Positions 40,417 to 52,774 of a stretch of DNA of 64,000 nucleotides are shown piece after piece. Source of the stretch: Blasia pusilla (lineage: Eukaryota). Under the pieces are notes generated by a model. It ran no database searches. It saw only the letters and a program-made list of their open reading frames with translations, and was not told where the DNA came from. How positions within the stretch are numbered: position 1 is the first letter of the stretch; each line of letters starts with the position of its first letter. A program made the position numbers and the translations under genes. The DNA is taken from positions 45,384,001 to 45,448,000 of the forward strand of contig CM114271.1 of the NCBI GenBank assembly GCA_050084515.1. Direction: 5' to 3'.

Positions 40417-43368
40417 TTCATCTTGTCCAACCTTCCCATCTTGAGCTGAAATTTGGCCCACATGGTTTCCAAGGTGTATCTAATCCTCTTGCCAAGTTTC
40501 AAGCAAAATGGAGTTGAGACCACAAGCTCAAAAATCGATAAGTCTTTTTTGGACTTATCGATTACAAACCATCTGACCTTCCAAAGAAATAAGGTTTTCT
40601 CTTTTTTCATCTTGTCCAACTTTCCCATCTTGCGCTGAAATTTGGCCCACGGGATCTCTAAGGTGCATCTAACCCTCTTGCCAAGTTTCAACGAAAATGG
40701 AGCTGAGACAACAAGCTCCAAAATTGGTAAGTTTGTTTGTGACCCACACCATCAATCCTTCTATCAAATTAACCCATAATTTCCATTCTTCATATTGTCA
40801 AACTTTCCCATCTAGAGTTTAAATTTGGCCCACATTGTCCACTAGGTACATGTTCCACTATTGCCAAGTTTCAAGCAAAATGGAGTCGTGAGCAAAACAT
40901 CACAAATTAATAATTCCTTTTTGGACGCGAACCATCAAATCTTGAATGAAAAGAAGGTCTTTTTATTTTTCATCTTCTCCAACTTTCCCATCTTGAGCAA
41001 TATTGGAACGTGCACCTTGGGGACCGTGTGGGCCAAATTTCAGCTCAAGACTAAAAAGTCCACTTTGACTACGTTTCAAGCAAAATGGAATTATGAGCAA
41101 AAGCTCACAAATTAATAACTTATTTTTGGACCCGAATCGACAGACCTTCTATCAAAATATTTTTTTCATTTTTCATCTTGTTCAACTTTCCCATCTTAAG
41201 GTGAAATTTGGACCTGAACCATCAGACCTTGTATCAAATTAAGGTTTTTTCATTTTTCATCTTTGTCCAACTTTCCCATCTTGAGGTGAAATTTGTGACC
41301 CACATAGTCCCCAAAGTGCATGTTCCACTCTTGCCAAGTTTTAAGTAAAACGGAGTTTTGAGCAAAACCTCACCAATTAACAACTCCTTTTTGGACCCGT
41401 ACCATCACATCTTCCATAGAAATAAGATTTTATCATTTTTCATCTTGTCCAAATTTCCCATCTTGAGCTGAAATTTGGCCCACATGGTCCCCAAGGTGCA
41501 TGTTTAATCCCTGCCAAGTTTCAAGAAGAATGGATTTATGAGCAAAACCTCACAAATTAATACCAACTTTTTGGACTCGAACCATCAGACCTTCTATCAA
41601 AATAAGGATTTTTCATTTTTTATCTTTTCAAAATTTTCCATTTTGAGCTAAATTTTGACAAACATGGTCCTTAAGATGCATGTTCCACTCTTGCCAAATT
41701 TCAAGCAAAATGGAGTTCTCACGAAAACCTCGAAAATTAATATTTCCTTTTTGGACCCATACCATCAAACCTTGAATGATAAGAAGGTCTTTTCATTTTT
41801 CATCTTGTCCAACTTTACCATCTTGAGTTTAAATTTCTTCAACATGATCACCGAGATGCATGTTAAATGTTTGCCAAGTTTCAAGCAAAATGGAGTTGTG
41901 CGCACAAGCTCAAGTTTTGGTAAGTCCTTTTTCTAACCCGAATCAACAGACCTTTTATCAAATTAAGGTTTTTTCATTTTTCATGTTGTGAAAATTTCCC
42001 ATTTTGAGCTGAAATTTGGCATACATTGTCCCCAAGGTGCATGTTCAGCTCTTGCCAATTTTCAAGCATAATGGATTTTTTAGCAAACCCTTAAAAATTA
42101 ATAATTATTTTTTGGACCCAAACCATGAGACCCTCTATCAAAATAAGGTTTTTTATTGTCCAACTTTTCCATCTTGAGCTTAAATTTGGCCCATAGGTTA
42201 TCCAAGGTGCATCTAACCCTTTTATCAAGTTTCAAGCAAAATGTTGAACGCAAGCTCAAAAATTGGTAACTTGTTTTTTGACTTTGCCTTCTATCAAAAT
42301 AAGAATGTACTATTTTTCATCTTGTCCAACTTTCCCATCTAGAACTCCAATTTGGCCCATAGTTTTGCAAGGTGCATATAGCATTCTTTCCAAGTTTCAA
42401 GAAAAATGGAGTTGTGGCCAAAACCTCAAAAATTCTTTTGTGGACCTGAACCATAAGACACTTTATCAAAAGAAATTTTTTTTTTTTCATTTTTCATCTT
42501 GTCCAACTTTCTCATCTTGAGCTGAAATTGGGCCCACATTCTCCTTAAGGAACATGTTCCACTCTTTCAAATTTTCAAGTAAAATGGAACTATGACCAAA
42601 ACCTCACAAATTAATTACTCCTTTTTGGACCCGAACCATCAAACCTTCTATCAAAATAAGGATTTATTATTTTTCATCTTGTCCAAATTTTCCATCTTGA
42701 GCTGAAATTTGGCCCACATGGTCTCCAAGGTGCATGTAGCACTATTGCCAAGTTTCAAGAAAAATGGAGTTGGGACCACAAGCTCAAAAATTAATAAGTC
42801 CTTTTTGGACTTATCGATTACGAACCATCTGACCTTCCAAAGAAATAAGGTTATCTCATTTTTCATCTTGTCTAACTTTCCCATCTAGAGCTTAAATAGG
42901 CCCACATGGTCCCCAAGGTACATGTTCCACTCTCGCCAAGTTTCAACCAAAATGGAGTTGTGAGTAAAAGCTCACAAATTAAGAACTGCTTTTTGGAACT
43001 GAAGCATCAAACCTTGAATGAAAGAAGGTCTTTTCATTTTTCATCTTGTCCAACTTTCCCATTTTTAGCTGAAATTTGTCCCACATAGTCCCTAAGGTGC
43101 ATGTTCAACTATTACAAAGTTTCAAGCATAATGGAATTGTGAGAAAAACCTCCAAAATTAATAATTCCTTTTTGGACCCAAACCATGGGACTTTCTATCA
43201 AAATAAAGTTTTACCATTTTTTATCTTGTCCAACTTTCCCCATATTGAGCTGAAATTTTTCCCACATGGTCTCCAAGGTGCATCTAACCCTCTTGCCAAG
43301 TTTAAAGCAAAATAAAGTTGTGAGCACAAGTTCAAAAATTGGTAAGTCTTTTTTTGATTCGAACCATC
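40417..43368. repeat. 180-bp tandem satellite, array 1 (~16 diverged monomers)
   Basis: The unit TTCATCTTGTCCAACTTTCCCATCTTGAGCTGAAATTTGGCCCACATGG...GCCAAGTTTCAAGCAAAATGGAG...GAACCATCAGACCTTCTATCAAAATAAGG recurs every ~180 bp (e.g. 40789, 40969). Confidence 0.97.
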
Positions 43369-46300
43369 TATCGTGCGCATACACATCGCTACATAAGATA
43401 TATCGGTGTCACCGAACATACACACAAACACACACAATCCGATGCTAGCTCATGACATCCAAACAACGAGACGAGAAATACCAAAATATATCCAATTTAA
43501 ATCAATGAAATCTCTCATCACATCTCACACCAAGCTCTCAATGGTGTGCACTCTCTCTAATGTCAAACCAAACCCACTCTCCTAATGAGAGACTAGGGTT
43601 GCACACATAGCCTCCTAATGAGAGGCTAGGGTTACACCATAGCTCCACCGCCTCATGCCAAGAGGTTCAACAATGAGAGAATGAGCTCTCAAACTCTCTC
43701 TCTTGGAGGTATATCCCCTTTTCCTCTCCCAAGTCCTCTCCATGGTAACCTATGCTCGCAGGTCACCTCCTTTGATCTTGACTTGTTGTAGCGGATCAAG
43801 GGTCACTTACCAAAGTGGAAAGTTAACTATATCAAATACAATAAAATACCTAAAATATCAAGTTTCTAAATATGGCTCCAAATAAGCCAAAACGAAGGGA
43901 AAACCTGCTCTCCCAAGTTATCCGTGGCCTCAGTAGGTCATCCTCGACCTCTTGAGGCTGTCCTCCAGTATCTCCAAAGGCGTGCTACTAGATCTTGTCG
44001 ATATTTTCTAAAAGTTGTGACAATTGTCGTGCACATACACATTGCCACACAACATACATCATTGTCATCGAACATACATACAAACATGCATGATTCGATG
44101 CTAACTTATAGCATCCAAAGAACAAGATGAGAAGTACCAAAATATCTCTAATCGTCCCCCTAGTTGGTGGTTAGGTTCCTCTAACTCCATACAACCATCT
44201 ATCCCTACCTACCATGACATACATCTCTCAGACGCTAAGAGCAAAAATGTCGGGTGCTCATGTGGCCCCATCGTTAGTAGTCTTTCTGTCATCCATCTCA
44301 CAGACATGAGTCGGAATCTATCACTACCTACTCTATGTACATTTGGGACACATCCATTATCCCCGAGGAACCCTAGTGAGAGGTGGCGTCAAACATGCCA
44401 TATGCCATCATCTCAAACATCCATCATAGACTAGCATAGTAATTTCACCAATGGCGGAACCACACAACATACATCGCAAGCCTGCAGGAACTACTACTAA
44501 GCTCAGATTGACTGTACCGTCAATGTTAGGAAGATGATATGACGTACAATTACACACTTGGTCCTTCCAAACCATACCATCACGTCCCTCCAATAAGACA
44601 ACACTATATGGCAAAATCCCATGCACTCTCAAGATGGTGTGCCCTATAGTCACATCCAACGTCGTGGGTGTCATTTGCTGCAAGTAGACATAGTCTCCCT
44701 CATGAAACCTCCAGATAGTAGGTTGATAACCACCTTCATGACTAGTCGCATACCTCAATGTATCCCGATGTTGCGCAGTCGCCAAGTTCTCAAACGCCAT
44801 GGGCATCACTCTCCTAAATAACTCAACCCTTCGAGAACATGCTCGCATCCATACATCACGGTCATCAAGGTTCAACACCTCACCAATGGCAACAAGTAAA
44901 TGGGGCTCTCGGCTACAAAGTAGAAAGTACGGTGAGATATACGCTAAAGATGTTTGCCTGCTGAATCTGTATCCCATCGCCAACCATGACAACTGGAGGT
45001 TCCAATCTCTTAGGTGATCTCTCTACAAGCCATACTTGCTCAATCCTCTCTTCACCGTCTACACAACCCTCTCCGCTAGTCCATCCGCCTCAGGATGATC
45101 TCGCAAAGTGGTGCGTTGGTCGATCAACGCCTAATCACACTAGGCTTGAAACTCCCCGCGAAACTCTGTATCATGGTCTGTCAACACCTCAATTAATGCA
45201 CTGTAATGACTTAACACCCCAATCTAGGAAGGCATACGCTACTCCCTCAATCGCTTTGTCGGGAAATGCAACCAACTCTATCCAATTCGAGAAGTGGTCG
45301 ACCATCACCAACACATAACGAATATGGCACTTCGTCAAAGGTAAAGGTCTTGCAAAATCCAAACTCCATCTATAACTTAAACCCATGATAAGAAGTGGAT
45401 ACAACTATGGAGTCAGAGCATTGAACGATGCTCGGACCCTATCACACACCATGCATTGGCAACAAACTGCTGAACATCACTGTGCATACCTCGCCACCAA
45501 TATTGTATCTGGAGCAAGCTGTACGTCCGCTTCACTCCAAAATGACCCGAATCCTCGTGGGCATGATGCACTAGACGTGCTCTCTGTGAAGGATGGGGCA
45601 CTACACGCACTATATCCTCCTCCCAAACGTGCAACACATGTGTCCCCTCCCACCGGAACCGTCTGGCTTGCTATACGATCTGATCCCGCTCTCTAGCAAC
45701 CACTATGCTCGCGACGTTGCCTTTTTGCTGGTACTCCAAGACAACTCCATCGTCGTGAATATCACGGCCACCTGTCGTATCCTCACCCACCTTTGGACCT
45801 AAAGACTCTCCATCAGACCTTGCCATCGAAGTCTCAGCAATCTGGCTCTCCATAGCCAAAAAGCCCAAATAGGCTAACCTGTGCCATCTTGGCACCAACT
45901 CCTCATCACTCTTACCATGCCAACGAGCTTCAATCGCGTCTCATTGACTCAAGCATGAGTTATGACTCAAACCACATGTATCCTAACGAGCATCCTAATT
46001 GAGCATCCTAAGCCTATGCACCATTTGGAAATCATACTCCTACAACAACAGAGCCCACCTCGCAAGCTTCCCTGTAAGCTTGTCGGACTCCATCAACCAC
46101 TTAAGTGGCTGATGATCAGTAATAATGATAAAGGGGTGAGCATGGCTCCAAGCCCCAACATGCTCCAATCGGTAAGCAATTGGAAAGGACGCCCTGTGAT
46201 GGGTCTCCTTACTATGGGCACGGACGTCAATCAGTCCTTGAGCGGCTAAAATGCTCTTTCTTGGTCATCCCCCTAGTGCCACTTCTGATCCACCTTCCTA

Positions 46301-49300
46301 AGTTGGGTGAGCAGCTTCGCAATCGAAGCAAAACCCTTGAGGTACTATCGATAGAAGTTTGCCAATCCCATGAATGCACGAACTCGACTCACATCTGTAG
46401 GATATGGAATGCGTGAAATAGCCTTTATCTTTGTCTGGTATACACCAAGGCCCCTTGGATATATGGTATGACCTTGGTACTCAATCAGGTTGTAGAAGAA
46501 CTTGAATTTTCCTGGATGTAGCTTCGGCCCATATAACTGCAACCGTCGAAACGCTTCCTCTAGATGTCACTCATGCTCCTCAACCGTGACGCTAAATACT
46601 ACGATGTCATCAAGATAACATCTAGCAAAATCCAGACCTGCCAAGATCCTATCTTTGACCCTCTAAAAACTGAACGGGGGCGTTCTTTAACCCAAAAGGT
46701 AAGAACCACCATTGGTACAAATAATCCTTCCCATGAGGATCGATGCCCCAAAATGCCGTCTTCTGCGTATCTTCCAAATTGATAGGCAATTGATGGTACC
46801 TGGCTCAAAGATCTAGCAAATTGAAGACCTTTGCATGCCAAATAACATCAAAGATCTCCTCAGGCGTGAGCAAGGCATGTATACCTATCGGACTTTGTCT
46901 ATCGATTGATAGGTCGGTAATCTCCACACAACCGCCTATCCGTCCAATTGCCATGCACATCCTTCTTGGTGGGCATGATAATGGCAGATGCATACTCTCC
47001 ATGTGACATTTCCACTATTCTGCTCCAACCAAGTCATGGATCCTACTCTAAATCAGAGCCCTCTCAATGTCACTGTACCTGAAGGATCGTCGGAAGATCA
47101 GCGTGTCGCTCGAAAACTCAATGCAGAGTAGAGTTGCCATGCCTCAATCTCTTGGGCATATCTATGGGACAACTCATGGTAGTTGTCCATGTGTGCCCTC
47201 TCTAAATATTGGAATATACCGTTCCATGTTATGAATGGGTTGAACTCTCTAGAGTTCCTAGCCCGCTGTGAGTCACATCAACTCCTAAACTCCGCAATGA
47301 AGTCATGTAACTCTATAGTGCCTATAGCACCCGAGAACCTACGCAATCCTCTATCCCGATTGTCCATCTCCTACGCCCAACTGGTAGGACCATTCAATGT
47401 GTGCAATGAATCACTAACACACTCCTCTACACTCTCCCCCTCATCTGAAGACGACATATAAGGAGGTCAAGGCGGTCCCTCACGTGGAGGTCCTCAAAAA
47501 CCTCGCGCCACTCCGCGTAAACCACTATGGCTACTCTTAAGTCCACCATCTCGCCTCTCAAAGTCTCGGAAGGACGCCATGATGACCCTCGTGCCCCTTT
47601 CACACAATCACTCTCAATCCAGTGAGTAATCACTCAATCATTCAAACTAAACATACGGCACTTAATCTACACTCTCGTACTGAGACGTGTGTTGTGCGCG
47701 GCGTGATGCCAAAAATCGGCTGATCTAACTTCTCATCGACAAACCATACCCTTAACTGTGGATATCTTACACAAGTTTATGTCCCCTAAACCCATACATC
47801 AATGATGCTCTCATCATCCACACAAAACCTAATATCCCCAAATAACTACCCAATACTCGGAAATCCCTAACACGTGCAGGGCAAAATACCAGAATGGATA
47901 ACCTGAACAAATATCGATTCTCCTCTACAACTGCAAACCTTGATCCCAACTCGACCGTGAAGAAAAACTCCTCCAAATAGCACGTCGTACTCTCCTGATA
48001 CTGACAGTGATCAAATCTCCTCGATGTGCATTGCGGGTCCAACAATGCAGTATGGCATTGGCGGCACGGAACGGCTACAACCAGCACGACACTCGGGCAT
48101 GGAATGCGGCACTCAACGGCATACCCTCCTCCAGAAAAAAAAACATAATGTGCTCCCCAAGAATGGTGCGACTCCGCGATCAAGACGGTGCGGTGCGGCT
48201 ACGAGCGGCAGGACGTGGCAATCGGCCTAGCGTTCCGGCTATAGGCAACACGGCACGGTACTCGATCGTCGTCGAGCATTTACCACCTCAAGACATAGCA
48301 AGGCTAGAAGAGAAATGCGGCCCTAACAATCCAAAAAAAGAAACTGTCCAATCAACAAAGGTGACAAATGCCATCAACGACGATCAACGGACGGAGCAAG
48401 GATGGACCAATATCCGGGAAAAACGGTAGAAATAATTTCGATTCAGTTTGCTACCGGCCAAAAAAGGGAGGGATGGTCTGTTTGCGATTGGAATCGAAAA
48501 CTTGAAAATTTGCCGCTCGGTTTTGTAGAGACCGGAAATGTACCGGTTGTCACGAAAAAACTCCCCGGACCCTGGGATGGACTGAATGGACGGTGAAAGT
48601 CAATACTAATTACAATATCTTTCATGTGGATAAATATGGTTCTTTTTTAACCTTATTCAAAAAGTTAAAGTTTTTTTGTTTTTCCCCACTCTACTAACTC
48701 CTTCAACTAAGGGTCAACTCACTAAAATTATTCACATTTGGTTTATACTCCACTAAGCCCCATAAATATTGGATCAACATCCACAAAATAAAATTTTCAT
48801 TCACTTTAACCTCAAGATCATAAGTTTCATTTGTCCTTTCTCCAATAATAAAATATTTTTATTTTTTCTACCTCAACTAAGAAGTTACCAAGAATTTCAA
48901 AAATTGCTCCTTCTTCACGCGGTGGGTATGGTAGCTCCACAAAAATGATCATAACTTCTTACTCACATGTTTAAATTACGCATCATTTCTTCCATAATGT
49001 GCATAGCCTTTGGATCTATGACCGCGTTCATTTTTTTTCCATTCAACATTCCAAACAAAACTAACGGGGAATGTCATGCAACCCTTCAATCTGCACTCTT
49101 ACGAAAAAATCGCCAACAATTCCGCGCTAATTTCTCCCAACAAAGAGTTCAAACCTATAAAATCATAAATCAGAAAGGTACATTATGCTCCCAAGAGCAC
49201 CGGCATGGGGAAATCCTCCCCCATACTCAATTCCTACAAAATTTGGGCAGCGCTTCCGTGCGCCACTCTTCCACACGAAAACTCGGCAAAGAAAACAACA

Positions 49301-49789
49301 AAATCAAACGGCTCTTGCTTCGGTGAGCACTCCCATGAGCTGTTGAATGGGAAACACAGTCTCGACCTGCACCAACAGCGAGTGACCAACGAGCTCCTCC
49401 ATTGAAACTCCCTTACTCTCTCATTCTCTCTTTGTAAATCAATGAAATCTCTCATCACATCTCACACCAAGCTCTCCATTGTGTGCACTCTCTCCCTCTC
49501 TCGTGTCAAACCAAACCCACTCTCCTAATCAGAGGTTTGGGTTATACACACAAGGCAAGGAGGACCATAGTTCCGTCGCCTCATGCCAAGAGGTTCAACA
49601 ATGAGAGAATGAGCTGTCAAGCTCTCTCTCTTGGAGGTATTCCCCCTTTCCTCTTCCAAGCCCTCTCCACGGTAACCTATGCTCGCAGGTCACTTCCTTG
49701 GATCTTGACCTACTGTAGCGGGTCAATGACACTTCCCAAAGTAGAAATTCAACTATACACAAAATGGAAACTTACCCAAACTAGTAAGG
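43369..49789 (-). mobile_element. Ty3/gypsy element copy 3 (family 1) inside the satellite: B 43369-43494, A 43496-44022, B' 44025-44150, pol, gag, truncated 5' A 49434-49789
   Basis: The repeats are directly visible. PPT AGGGGGACGA lies on the minus strand at ~44152-44162. RT, RNaseH, integrase and PHD remnants lie inside in gypsy order. Confidence 0.92.
44335..47080 (-). pseudogene. Gypsy pol: RT - RNase H - integrase (HHCC, rve core) - PHD finger; frameshifted
   Basis: RT reads KKDVHGNWTDRRLCGDYR, TPEEIFD, LLDL, FGLKNAP, CYLDDI, KLHPGK and VRAFMGLANFYR. Integrase reads HAHEDSGHFGVKRT..YWWRGM and WSLDFARPLP..LVMVDHFSNWIE. The C-terminus reads CMLCGS..MLVYDGCLR*WHMACLTPPLTRVPRG*WMCPKC. Confidence 0.92.
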
Positions 49790-51866
49790 TCCACATTTTC
49801 CCCAAGGTGTATGTTGCACTCTTCCAAAGTTTCAAGCAAAATGGAGTTGTGAGCAAAACCGCACAAATTAACAACTCCTTTGGAGATCCGAACGATCAAA
49901 CCTTGATTGAAAAGAAGGTTTTTCCATTCTTCATCTTGTCCAACTTTCTCATCTTGAGCTAAAATTTGGCTTGCACCCTCTCTAAGGTGCATCCAACTCT
50001 CTTGCCAAGTTTCCACGAAAATAGAGTTGGGAGCACAAGCTCAAAAATTAATAATTCGTTTTTGGACCCAAACCAGCAGACCTTCTATCAAAATAAGGTT
50101 TTTTCATTTTTCATCTTGTCCAAATTTTCCATCTTGAGCTGAAATTTGGCCCACAAGGTCTCCAAGGTGCATCTTACCCTCTTGCCAAGTTTCAAGGAAA
50201 GTAGAGTTGGGAGCACAAGCTCAAAAATTAATAATTTCTTTTTGGACCCGAACCATCAGACCTTCTATCAAAATAAGGTTTTTTCCTTTTTTATCTTGTC
50301 CAACTTTATCATCTTGAGTTGAACTTTGGCCCACCAAGTCTCCTAGGTGCATCTAACCCTCTTGCCAAGTTTCAAGCATAATTTATTGGGAGCACAAGCT
50401 CGAAAATTGGTAAGTCCTTTTTTGACCCGAACCATGAGACCTTCTATCAAATTAAGGTTTTTTCATTTTTCATCTTGTCCAAATTTCCCATCTTGAACTA
50501 AAATTTGGAATTTTCCCCAAGATTCGTATTCCACTCTTGTCAAGTTTCAAGAAAAATGGAGTTGTGACCAAAACCTGAAAAATTAGTAATTCCTTTTTGG
50601 ACGCGAACTATCAAACCTTGAATGAAAAGAAGGTCCTTTCATTTTTCATCATGTCCAACTTTCCCATCTTGACCTAAAATTTGGCTCACATGGTACCCAA
50701 GATGCATGTTCAATTTTTGCCGCAAAATGGAGTTGTGAGCAAAACCTTACAAGTTAATAATTCCTTTTTGGACTCGAACCATTAGACCTTCTATTAAAAT
50801 AAGGATTTTTCAATTTTCATTTTGTCCAACTTTCCTATCTTGAGCTGCACTTTTGCCCACATGGTCTCCAATTTGCAAGTAGCTATCTTGCCAAGTTTCA
50901 AGCAAAATGGAGTTGGGACGACAAGCTCAAAAACTGGTAAGTCATTTTTTTACTTGAATCTTCAAACCTTCCCAAGAAAATAAGGTTTTCTCATTTTTCA
51001 TCTTCTCCAACTTTCCCATCTGAGTTGAGTTGAAATTTGGCCCACATTGTCTTCAAGGTGCATGTTCCACTCCTGTGAAGTTTCAAGAAAAATGGGGTTG
51101 TGAGCAAAACTTCACAATTTAATAACTCCTTTTTGGACTGAACCATCAAACCTTCCATAGAAATTAGATTTTTTCATTTTTCATCTTGTCTAATTTTCTC
51201 ATCTTGAGATGAAATTTGGCCCACATAGTCTCCAAGTTGTATTTTCTACTCTGGCCAAGTTTGAAGCAAAATGGAGTTGTGAGAAAAACCTCATAAATTA
51301 ATAACTCATTTTTGACCCGAACCATCAGACCTTCCATAGAAATAAGGTTTTCTCATTTTTCATCTTGTCCAAATTTCCCAATTGAGTTGAAATTTTGCCC
51401 ATATGGTCCCAAAAGTGCATGTTCAACTCTTGCCAAGTTTCAAGCAAAATGGTATTGGGACCACAAGCTCACAAATTTGCAAGTCCTTTTTGGACCCGAA
51501 CCAAGAATCCTTCTATCAAAATAAGGTTTTTTCATTTTTCATCTTGTCCAAAATTTTCATTTTGAGTTTAAATTTGGCTCACATGGTCCTCGAGGTGCAT
51601 GTTACACTTTAGGAAAGTTTCAAGGAAAATGGAGTTGTGAGAAAAACCTAAAAAATTAATAACTCCTTTTTGGACCTGAACCATCAGACCTTCTATAGAA
51701 ATATGGATTTCTCATTTTTCATCTCATCCAAATTTTGTCTATTGAGCTGAAATGAGGCCCACATGGTATCCAAGGTACATCTAGCACTCTTGCCAAGTTT
51801 CAAGCAAAATGGAGTTGGGACCACAAGCTCAAGAATTGGTAAGTCCTTTCTTGACCTGAACCATCA
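49790..51866. repeat. 180-bp tandem satellite, array 2 (~11.5 monomers), same orientation as array 1
   Basis: Same monomer, registered at 49930, 50110, 50290, 50469 and onward. Confidence 0.97.
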
Positions 51867-51990
51867 TGTCACATCTGAGTAGCCGTTAGGTAGGGATCTA
51901 TCGCGGAAACGTCACAGAGATCCAACAGACTATCATGAGTATAACTTCATCTTCAGGTGTGGGATGGGGTTGAGGATAGTTCCGTTGTGT
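51867..51990 (+). mobile_element. Terminal fragment (start of repeat A) of gypsy family 2
   Basis: TGTCACATCTGAGTAGCCGTTAGGTAGGGATCTAT...TAACTTCATC aligns with the reverse complement of 35050-35164. Confidence 0.8.
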
Positions 51991-52774
51991 AAAGACTGTC
52001 GTTTTTACAACTTTCATTTCGTGTTCTTTCACAAAGTGTGTTTGGAGGAAAAGTCATGATATTCGGTGGTAATTTTGGTGAAGTCTTGTATTCTATTCGT
52101 CATGGGGATCGTCCCCAAATTACATATCCAAGCCACTCTAAATTAAGAGAGAATCATTACGGTTGTCTATAAATATGATGAAATTGACCAAAAACATAAG
52201 AGTTCAAAGGTTGGAAGATAAAATGCGCGTTTAACAATAAGAATTCCTCGATTGGTTATTGGCGGTGAGAGAGGGTCGTTTACCTTGCACCTTCATTTTA
52301 GAGATGATTTTATATAGTTGCCATCTGATATGGTTACTAAGAGCAATAAGAGAAGTGATATTATTGATACTATTTATGGGAATACTCAATGTTATTTCAT
52401 AACATCGACGTCTTGAGAGATACAACTTTTTGACGTCAAGAAATAGAGATGTGGACGAGAGAAACGCGCAAGTCATGGCTTAATTTTATGGAGAAGTAAT
52501 GATCATCTATTTAGTTCTTTAATTTCCAAGTCTTTGCATGTATGTAGGCTCGCCAACAAATCTTCTCGCTAATGAATACAATTTTGTGTATAAGCGCATA
52601 TTTACCTTAATGTTGACCTTATTCCGAATGGGGGAATGAGTCATATCTGTCCAACCGAATTCTTAAACACGATGCTTACCTTATGGGCTACTTCCACATA
52701 ATTTGTGTTTGAAGATTAGTGCATTGAAACGTCCATATGAAATATCGACGGATTAGATAAGTTGTTCTTACTTA

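Noticed and set aside
40395-51612. Many short ORFs with recurring 'PSFKQNGV...FFILSNF' peptides, and a possible CRISPR-like array
   Set aside because: These are translations of the 180-bp satellite. Whole monomers repeat with no unique spacers, and the DNA is eukaryotic.
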